Positions 39,191 to 46,223 of a stretch of DNA of 46,223 bases are shown piece after piece. Each line of letters opens with the position of its first letter. Position 1 is the first letter of the stretch. The position numbers were made by a program, and so were the translations under genes. This DNA is from a candidate division WOR-3 bacterium (GTDB lineage Bacteria; Hydrothermota; Hydrothermia; UBA1063): assembly GCA_039803305.1 (NCBI GenBank), contig JBDRYG010000003.1:1-46223 (forward strand), read 5' to 3'. Under the pieces are notes generated by a model. The model was given only the letters and a program-made list of their open reading frames with translations, did no database searches and was not told where the DNA came from.

Positions 39191-41842
39191 TCAATGAGCC
39201 GATTCCTGCGGCTTTACTTTCCCTTTTACAGCAGCTTGTGCCGCTGCCAGTCTAGCTATAGGTACCCGGAAAGGAGAACATGAAACATAGTCCATTCCCA
39301 CCATGTGACAGAACTCAACAGATGAAGGTTCACCTCCGTGCTCACCACAGATACCAACCTTTAAATTCGGTCGAGTTGATCTACCTTTCTCTATACCAAC
39401 TTTAACTAAAAATCCTACACCTTCTTGATCCAAAACCTGGAATGGATCTTCCTTAAGTATACCAAGTTCAATGTATTTTGGAACAAATTTTCCTACATCA
39501 TCTCTCGAAAATCCAAAAGTCGTCTGAGTCAAATCATTAGTACCAAAAGAGAAAAATTCTGCCGTTTGTGCAATTTTATCTGCAGTCACACATGCTCTCG
39601 GTAATTCAATCATGGTCCCAACGGAATATTCTATATTAACACCTTTTTCAGACATAACCTCTTTTGCTACCTTATCAATTATTGCCTTCTGATGGTCAAG
39701 CTCCTCCTTTACCGAGACTATTGGAACCATAATTTCAGGAAACACCTTAATACCTTCCTTTACACACTCGCACGCAGCCTCAAAGATAGCCCTTGCCTGC
39801 ATTTCTGTAATTTCTGGGTATACAATTCCAAGTCTGCATCCTCTATGCCCGAGCATTGGATTTGCCTCTCTTAATGACTCAGATTTTACGATAATTTCCT
39901 CCACCGAAACACCTGTCCTTTTAGATAGTTCCTCCATTTGTTCCTTAGTCTTAGGGACGAATTCATGAAGTGGTGGATCTAAAAGCCTTATTGTTACAGG
40001 AAATCCGTCCATCGCTTTAAACAACCCTTTAAAATCCTCCCTTTGCATGGGTAACAGCTTAGCAAGGGCCCTCTCCCTTTCCTGTTTATTTTTAGCAAGT
40101 ATCATTTCCTGCATTGCATAAATCCTCTCCCCTTCGAAGAACATGTGCTCAGTCCTACAAAGTCCTATACCTTGTGCGCCAAACTTTCTAGCTCTCTGAG
40201 CATCAGCAGGTGTATCAGCGTTTGCTCTAACCCCGAGCTTCTTCAGCTCATCCGCCCATTTAAGAAGTTCATTAAATTCAGAGAAAAATTCAGGGTCTAT
40301 CGTTGGTACCTTACCAAGTAAAACTTCTCCCGTTGATCCGTCGATGGTTATAATATCTCCCTTTCTAACTATCACATCCCTAACCCTAAATAAGTTTTCT
40401 TTGTAATCTACCTCAATCTCCTCAGCACCAACCACACAGGGTTTCCCAATACCCCTTGCTACAACTGCAGCGTGAGATGTCATCCCACCTCTTGCAGTAA
40501 GGATACCCTTTGATCTGGCCATCCCGCGAATATCATCAGGAGAGGTCTCATCTCTGACAAGAATTACAGCTTCACCTGCCTCCGAAAGATCAGCAGCTTC
40601 ATCAGCATCAAATATTACTTTACCCCAGGCAGCACCAGGAGATGCAGGAAGTCCTTTCGTTAGAACAACTTTTTCGGCCTTGGGGTCAACCATAGGATGC
40701 AAAAGTTGCTCAACCCTTCTTGGATCTACCCTGAGTATGGCCTCCTCTTTAGTAATCAACCCCTCTCTAACCATGTCGACAGCAATTTTTACCTCAGCTC
40801 TTGCGCTTCTCTTTCCAACCCTTGTCTGCAAGATGTAGACTTTCTCTTTTTCGATTGTAAACTCTATATCCATCATATCCCGATAGTGTCTTTCTAGTTT
40901 CTCAAATATTTCAATAAGCTCTTGATACGCCCTTGGCATTTCTTTCTGAAGTTCTTGCAATTTCTTAGGCGTTCTTATACCAGCTACAACATCCTCTCCC
41001 TGTGCGTTCGGTAGATATTCACCATAAACGGTCTTCTCACCAGTGGATGGATCTCTTGTGAAAGCAACCCCAGTCGCACAATCAAATCCCATGTTTCCAA
41101 AAACCATAGCTTGAACATTACAAGCCGTTCCCCAATCATCTGGAATCTTGTGGAGTCTCCTGTATTCAATAGCTCTCTTGTTGTTCCAAGATTTAAACAC
41201 GGCCTCAATTGCTAACCAAAGCTGTTCTTCAGGATTCTGAGGAAATGACCTTCCAGTTACTTTCATCACGATACTTTTATATTCTTCCACAAGTTCCCTT
41301 AGGTCTCTTGCAGTTAGCTCATAATCTTCCTTAATCCCTAAATTGGCTTTTTTCTCTTTAAGTCTCTCTTCAAAAAGGCTTCGATCGACACCAAGAACTA
41401 CGTCAGAAAACATCTGGATAAACCTTCGGTAAGAATCATATGCAAACCTTTCGTCTGAAGTTCTTTTAGCAAGACCCTGTACCGACTGATCATTCAAACC
41501 AAGATTAAGAATTGTATCCATCATTCCTGGCATCGAAGCTCTTGCACCAGATCTAACTGATACAAGAAGTGGATTATCTATCGAACCAAAAGTCTTACCT
41601 ATAAGCTTTTCCAATCTGCTCAAATTCTCTCTTACTTCCTCCTCGAGTCCCGGTGGAAAAGCACCATTTTTAAAGTAAAAAACACAAGCCTCAGTAGTAA
41701 TTGTAAACCCCGGCGGTACGGGTATCCCCAGATTTGTCATCTCGTGAAGATTAGCACCCTTACCTCCAAGAAGGTTTTTCATATCCTTATCGCCTTCTGC
41801 CTTTCCACCACCGAAGAAATATACGTATTTCTTCCTTTCCAT
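39191..41842 (-). CDS. ppdK: Pyruvate, phosphate dikinase
   Basis: LLGGKGANL, VSVRSGA..SMPGMMDT, GGMTSHAAVVARG, GLCRTEHMF, FSFGTNDLTQ, GICGEHGG. Confidence 0.98.
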   Translation of the reverse strand: MERKKYVYFFGGGKAEGDKDMKNLLGGKGANLHEMTNLGIPVPPGFTITTEACVFYFKNGAFPPGLEEEVRENLSRLEKLIGKTFGSIDNPLLVSVRSGARASMPGMMDTILNLGLNDQSVQGLAKRTSDERFAYDSYRRFIQMFSDVVLGVDRSLFEERLKEKKANLGIKEDYELTARDLRELVEEYKSIVMKVTGRSFPQNPEEQLWLAIEAVFKSWNNKRAIEYRRLHKIPDDWGTACNVQAMVFGNMGFDCATGVAFTRDPSTGEKTVYGEYLPNAQGEDVVAGIRTPKKLQELQKEMPRAYQELIEIFEKLERHYRDMMDIEFTIEKEKVYILQTRVGKRSARAEVKIAVDMVREGLITKEEAILRVDPRRVEQLLHPMVDPKAEKVVLTKGLPASPGAAWGKVIFDADEAADLSEAGEAVILVRDETSPDDIRGMARSKGILTARGGMTSHAAVVARGIGKPCVVGAEEIEVDYKENLFRVRDVIVRKGDIITIDGSTGEVLLGKVPTIDPEFFSEFNELLKWADELKKLGVRANADTPADAQRARKFGAQGIGLCRTEHMFFEGERIYAMQEMILAKNKQERERALAKLLPMQREDFKGLFKAMDGFPVTIRLLDPPLHEFVPKTKEQMEELSKRTGVSVEEIIVKSESLREANPMLGHRGCRLGIVYPEITEMQARAIFEAACECVKEGIKVFPEIMVPIVSVKEELDHQKAIIDKVAKEVMSEKGVNIEYSVGTMIELPRACVTADKIAQTAEFFSFGTNDLTQTTFGFSRDDVGKFVPKYIELGILKEDPFQVLDQEGVGFLVKVGIEKGRSTRPNLKVGICGEHGGEPSSVEFCHMVGMDYVSCSPFRVPIARLAAAQAAVKGKVKPQESAH

Positions 41843-41847
41843 ATCTG

Positions 41848-41892
41848 CCTCCTTTGAAAATCAATTATAAAACAATGTATACGGATGAACAA
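41848..41892 (-). promoter_or_regulatory. Promoter and SD of ppdK
   Basis: Minus strand TTGTTC-N17-TATAAT, then AAGGAGG-N5-ATG. Confidence 0.65.
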
Positions 41893-41903
41893 AGAGACCT
41901 AAT

Positions 41904-43931
41904 TCATTTTTTAATAATGACAGTGGATGCACTACTACCTTCCACTACGATGATATACACACCTAGTTCCCAATCATCGGTTCTAAAGTAATAGATATCC
42001 CCATCTTTTACGGGTTTAAATTCTAACTTTCTAAAGCCGAGATCAAAAACTTTGGGCTCAACCTCCGACTCAATATAAAGCTTCTCTCCTCTCTTACAGG
42101 GATTTGGAAAGATTCTCGTATACCCTCTAAATCCTTTAGGGTAAAGAACTTTTAAAATAGAAAAGCCTTCCTCTCCACCTACGATAATGTCGCCGTTTTC
42201 TGTTACCTCAAGAACATCTCTTACCATATAGAAAGGCTGCGTTATAAAAGTCTTACAAGAGTTTTCTGGCGTTAATTTAAGCTGTACACTATCCCCTCTT
42301 AAAACTAATAATGCTGAATCCTGTAAAACTATGATGTAATCATTGTAAAATTCAAAATCTCTCACATAACCATCAACGAGTCTCTTGACAGTTCCGTTGC
42401 TATACTTCAAAAATCCCGAGGACGTTCCTATATAGATGTTACCTCCTTTTTCTTTAGCCATAGTGACAAGAGCCGAATTTAAATCCGCAGGACTTATTCT
42501 TAAAATAACATTACCGGCTGTGTCAATTTTAATAAGCCCTTCGTTCTCCGTGCCAATAATATAAAAGCCCATTGAACCATGGGTTATTACAAATGGATAA
42601 TCAACCCGGAATACTTCCTTAACATGATATGTATCATTTTCTCTTCTAATCCTATAAATACCCTGTTGCCATAATGCCACAACTGTATCCCAACCAATTG
42701 CAATGTGAGTAACTATAGGCGAAGGAAGTCCCTCAATTTTGTGAAGAAATTTTCCAGTGCTGTCAAAGACATATATCCCAAGAGCATTAGTGCTATAGGT
42801 CCCTACCCATATTTTAAGAGAATCGTCTATTGCAATGCTTCGCACAGCATGGTTGATAGTCTTAAGACTATCCAACAAATAAAAGTTGTCCTTAAAAACG
42901 AACCCTTTGCTTCTGAGAGAGATGGTATCACTTGTCCACATCAAGGTAGCGCACGCTAAAATACCCTTTTTATAATCCATTGAGGTTATTACATTAAAGG
43001 GAGAACCTATTTTTAAGGTATAGGTTCTATTCCCAGAAATTATATTCCATGGAGGTCCATAACCAGCGTACTCCCTATTTATCGCATAAAAAGTAGCAAG
43101 AATTGCTTCCCCTAAGGGTATAGCCAAAGCTGTATTCCTCGAGCTTACTCTTGTTAAAATACCATTGAAAACTTTGTAAACCCCGTTAACAGACGCCACA
43201 TAAAATGAATCTTGCAGATTTGAAATATGCCAAACTTTATTTAAATCAAAAGCCTTAACCGTGTCTGGAGACCAGAAAACAAGCTTATCACCCGTCGAGT
43301 ACAGAATTTTGTTACCAAATTTGCATATTGGACCAAAATTCCTTGTATTTATAGGTAACTCAAGAACAGATACACTATCCTCAGACCAAATGTAAATATT
43401 CGAAAAAGTTGAGACATAAACAATATTTGTATCACTAAAAATATATAGAACTGTATCTCTAATACGAAGCGGTGGATAGATTCTATCATCCGATGGATCT
43501 AAGTTACCACCAGTCTTAACAACGAAAAGTCCATAATCGGTCCCGAGTAATAAATAGTCAGGAGGGTAAAAACGGACTATTTTGCTACGATTAAGAGTGA
43601 GAAGAGGCAATGAATAATAAAGAAAACGATTTTCACCATATGGTTTTACATGGATGCCCATATCCTGTACAAGGACCCAGATGTTACCTTTATCGTCCAG
43701 GGTAATGCTTCTTACTTTGTTACCCCTTAAACCGCTAGATGAAGAATAAACCGAAAAAAGCAAGGAGGCAGAATCCTCTGCGAGAGTAAAATCATCTTTG
43801 TGAAACTTGACAACACCTCCAGATGTAGCCACCCAAACAGTGTCACCCTGTTTTATATACTCAAAAGCATTATTGATACAAGTGTAATCACGACTTGAAA
43901 AAATGTAAGCAATAAGGATAGACAAAATCAT
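41904..43931 (-). CDS. Secreted beta-propeller (Reg_prop) protein with a T9SS-type C-terminal domain, PorZ-like
   Basis: WVATSGGV, GLRGNKVRSITLDDKGNIWV, VRSIAIDD..IWVGT, LPSPIVTHI. C-terminal RIFPNP..GVYIIVV..VIIKK. Confidence 0.65.
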   Translation of the reverse strand: MILSILIAYIFSSRDYTCINNAFEYIKQGDTVWVATSGGVVKFHKDDFTLAEDSASLLFSVYSSSSGLRGNKVRSITLDDKGNIWVLVQDMGIHVKPYGENRFLYYSLPLLTLNRSKIVRFYPPDYLLLGTDYGLFVVKTGGNLDPSDDRIYPPLRIRDTVLYIFSDTNIVYVSTFSNIYIWSEDSVSVLELPINTRNFGPICKFGNKILYSTGDKLVFWSPDTVKAFDLNKVWHISNLQDSFYVASVNGVYKVFNGILTRVSSRNTALAIPLGEAILATFYAINREYAGYGPPWNIISGNRTYTLKIGSPFNVITSMDYKKGILACATLMWTSDTISLRSKGFVFKDNFYLLDSLKTINHAVRSIAIDDSLKIWVGTYSTNALGIYVFDSTGKFLHKIEGLPSPIVTHIAIGWDTVVALWQQGIYRIRRENDTYHVKEVFRVDYPFVITHGSMGFYIIGTENEGLIKIDTAGNVILRISPADLNSALVTMAKEKGGNIYIGTSSGFLKYSNGTVKRLVDGYVRDFEFYNDYIIVLQDSALLVLRGDSVQLKLTPENSCKTFITQPFYMVRDVLEVTENGDIIVGGEEGFSILKVLYPKGFRGYTRIFPNPCKRGEKLYIESEVEPKVFDLGFRKLEFKPVKDGDIYYFRTDDWELGVYIIVVEGSSASTVIIKK

Positions 43932-43965
43932 ACCACAATAATAACATTCTAAAAATGAAAATCAA
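43932..43965 (-). promoter_or_regulatory. Probable leaderless promoter of the propeller gene
   Basis: Minus strand TTGATT-N16-TATTAT-N6-ATG with a TGn extended -10. Confidence 0.5.
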
Positions 43966-44167
43966 AGAGTGAACAAGGTCTATTATAGGATCTCCCGTAA
44001 TACATGATATTTGATAGCCCGATCAACTCATTAGAGGTAACCAATCATAGTACCTTTTGTATATGCCAAATAAATACCTGTCTGTCAAAATGCCCTCTTA
44101 TAACCTATATTTCACAACAAATAATTCAATTTTTTAAATCGCCATTTTCCGTTTTAAAATTACCTAT

Positions 44168-46111
44168 ATGTTGAAACTCTTACTCTTTACGCTGATATCG
44201 CTTATTAACGACTTTGGGGACTTAGCACATCAGAACAGTGAAACAACTCTGAAAGAAAAAGGATTTATTGTTTTTGAGACTGATTATAGTAATTTTCCAG
44301 CAGTTTACAGGAAATTAGAAAGCTCTGGTGAGCCATTATTTATTACCATAGATCCTCTGTTACATGGAGTTCACTTGATTTTCAATTACAGCCTCAGGCG
44401 TATTGAAGAGGACTATCTATTTAAAGAGCTAGAGGATATTCTAACTTATCTACGTACTCGACTTTCTGACCTCGTACTCGTAAAGAATAAACAAATAAGC
44501 GAAGCTGCAAGGACTGACTTAGCATATATTGAAGTAGCAATCAAATTGTTAAACCCTGAATTCAAACCATCGAAAATAGTTGAACACGTGGTTCAGGAAG
44601 AGATTTCACTCATAGAGGAACACAAAGGCTTTGACACATCGCGAGTATTAAACATCTTAGAAGACTACTCTCAGTATAAACCTCGTGGACACTATACAAG
44701 AACTCCGAAATTGGAGAATTATTTCAAAGCCATCATGTTCCTCGGAAGAATGCCTTTCTACATATCACCAGATAACAATAGAGAAAAGGAAAGAAATATT
44801 CACCTTACACGGTGCGCTATTCTTTTAGCTTTCATTCTCGAGGAAAACACACAAATAAAGGAGAAATATGAACGAATCTACAGAGTAACATCCTACTTTG
44901 TTGGAAGTGGTGATGATTTTAGTATTATTGAGATAATACCCTATATTAGGAGACACTTTCCAGCATTTCCTGAAGGGTTCTCAGAAGATATGGAAATAAT
45001 AAAATTTGCTGAAGAACTTAAGAATCTAAAAAGACCTGCTATTTTCTCTACCTACTTCGAAGACATTGAAAATCCTGAACAAAAACTCGTTAGCGTTAAA
45101 TTTATGACACAAAGATTTATACCAGACTCATACATATTTCAGAACCTGGTTTATCCAGTTGTTGGTACCAGAGCTAAGCCCCGCCTTTTCCCGAAAAGCC
45201 TTGATATCCTTGCCGTCCTTGAGAATAACAGGGCAAAGGAAATTTTAATCGAGTATTATAAAGAAAACAAGTATAAAAATTACCAGAAAATGCTTGACTC
45301 CCTTACGAAACAGTTCTCGAATTTCTCAAGGGATGATTGGCATCAAAATGCATACTTTCATTGGCTCTACATTATCAAAACTCTAAATTCTCCCTCTGCA
45401 TTTCCTATTCGAATGAAAACATATAACAAAGCATACCAAGATAAACTACTGGTGACTCAAAGAGCCTTTTGGGCAGAACTCCGCCATGACACAATCCTTT
45501 ATGCAAAACAAAGCTATACTGCGAAGGTAACTGCGCTTCCTCCTGAACCTAAAATTAGCGAAATCCTCATTGAACCCTTACCAGAAACTTACAAAGAGCT
45601 TATTAACTTTTTAGAGAACTTGAAGGATACCTTATCAAGGTATGGAATGTTAAATGAAGAAATTTCCGAAAAAATAAACCACCTTTCAAACTTCACCCAA
45701 AGTCTCTTATATGCTCTCGAAAAACAGCAGAAGGGTGAAAAAATTCCAGATAAATTAAAAGAACGACTTTACAAATTTAGTGATTTTCTGGAAAATATTT
45801 ACACCTTCTCCCCCGACTTTGCGCAGAGTTATGCTGACACCTTACTACCGCTTGTTGCTGATGTTCACACCGATGTTAATACTAAAACGGTACTACAGGT
45901 CGCAGTGGGAAGACCCCTTGAAATTTGGGTATTTCATGACGGAAAGATTTACAAAGGCGCCATGTTTTCCTATTATGAATTCACATACCCCATGGACAAA
46001 AGGCTGACCGATGAGGAATGGCAGAAGGTGGCTCACCAGGGGACTAAGGAAGAATGGCTATCTTTCCCATTAGTCGAAAAATCTAAGCAAAGAACCGAGA
46101 TTAAGGACTAA
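44168..46111 (+). CDS. DUF3160 domain protein, probably exported
   Basis: PLFITID..LH, EDYSQYKPRGHYT, YFKAIMFLGR, QRFIPDS, WAELRHDTILYAKQSY, VADVHT, FSYYEF..RLTDEEW. TAAAAT lies 7 nt upstream of the ATG. Confidence 0.85.
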   Translation: MLKLLLFTLISLINDFGDLAHQNSETTLKEKGFIVFETDYSNFPAVYRKLESSGEPLFITIDPLLHGVHLIFNYSLRRIEEDYLFKELEDILTYLRTRLSDLVLVKNKQISEAARTDLAYIEVAIKLLNPEFKPSKIVEHVVQEEISLIEEHKGFDTSRVLNILEDYSQYKPRGHYTRTPKLENYFKAIMFLGRMPFYISPDNNREKERNIHLTRCAILLAFILEENTQIKEKYERIYRVTSYFVGSGDDFSIIEIIPYIRRHFPAFPEGFSEDMEIIKFAEELKNLKRPAIFSTYFEDIENPEQKLVSVKFMTQRFIPDSYIFQNLVYPVVGTRAKPRLFPKSLDILAVLENNRAKEILIEYYKENKYKNYQKMLDSLTKQFSNFSRDDWHQNAYFHWLYIIKTLNSPSAFPIRMKTYNKAYQDKLLVTQRAFWAELRHDTILYAKQSYTAKVTALPPEPKISEILIEPLPETYKELINFLENLKDTLSRYGMLNEEISEKINHLSNFTQSLLYALEKQQKGEKIPDKLKERLYKFSDFLENIYTFSPDFAQSYADTLLPLVADVHTDVNTKTVLQVAVGRPLEIWVFHDGKIYKGAMFSYYEFTYPMDKRLTDEEWQKVAHQGTKEEWLSFPLVEKSKQRTEIKD

Positions 46112-46222
46112 TCCTTCAACGTAGAATGTAGTTTTCCCATTTTTTATCAAACAAAAACCAGGGATCTGAATAGTACCAAGCCTTTTTTCCAGATCATCAC
46201 TTAATCTAAAAGTTAGGGCTGA
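46070..46222 (-). CDS. Possible 3' end of a convergent gene entering from beyond the window
   Basis: Open frame from the edge: SALTFRLSDDLEKRLGTIQIPGFCLIKNGKTTFYVEGLVLNLGSLLRFFD*. It would overlap the DUF3160 end by 42 nt. Confidence 0.35.
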   Translation of the reverse strand, partial: SALTFRLSDDLEKRLGTIQIPGFCLIKNGKTTFYVEGLVLNLGSLLRFFD

Positions 46223-46223
46223 T

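Noticed and set aside
43966-44172. Longest intergenic region; contains a 56-codon + strand ORF from about 44004 and a 21-codon minus-strand ORF
   Set aside because: No convincing SD, motif, repeat or stable structure. It is best explained as a divergent promoter region. An ncRNA cannot be excluded without an Rfam search.
65-46007. The many 60-143 aa ORFs nested in or antisense to larger genes (for example 11623-12048, 22812-23243, 7753-8082)
   Set aside because: They lie over well-supported genes, have no recognisable motifs and show the S/F/I/L-rich composition of shadow frames.
1-46223. CRISPR arrays, IS elements, integrases, prophage, inteins, defence systems, stop-codon recoding
   Set aside because: No spaced repeats, transposase, integrase or phage motifs seen. 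Conserved genes are full length under the standard code, and the tRNA flanks show no integrated element.

Overview
A gene-dense, AT-rich segment of a bacterial chromosome with about 40 CDSs and one tRNA. I see no CRISPR array, mobile element or prophage. Gene content (KdsA, an outer-membrane barrel, proteins with T9SS-type xPNP C-terminal domains, FCB-style GlmM, E/K-rich proteins) suggests a diderm, probably thermophilic member of the FCB superphylum, possibly WOR-3/Hydrothermia; this placement is inference only. Housekeeping blocks: kdsA; uvrB-ricT-PASTA; M6 protease-pfkA-fba-pcrA-yitT; MATE; tilS-hpt-ftsH; a Na+-type V/A-ATPase operon (H-I-K-E-C-F-A-B, no D subunit, bioY directly after B); zinc ribbon-RNase H-rpoZ-coaBC-UDG; ppdK-tRNA-Thr-glmM; a PorZ-like propeller protein; DUF3160. 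The best candidate for an undescribed system is the four-gene membrane operon at 12343-15552 (DUF6754-like). It appears to consist of two paralogous pairs with opposite predicted topology, which suggests a new transporter or channel. Also notable: a KdsA with changed substrate-binding motifs, several apparently leaderless promoters, very short signal peptides without a basic n-region, and a tRNA wedged tightly between ppdK and glmM. All family assignments come from motif recognition by eye, not database searches.
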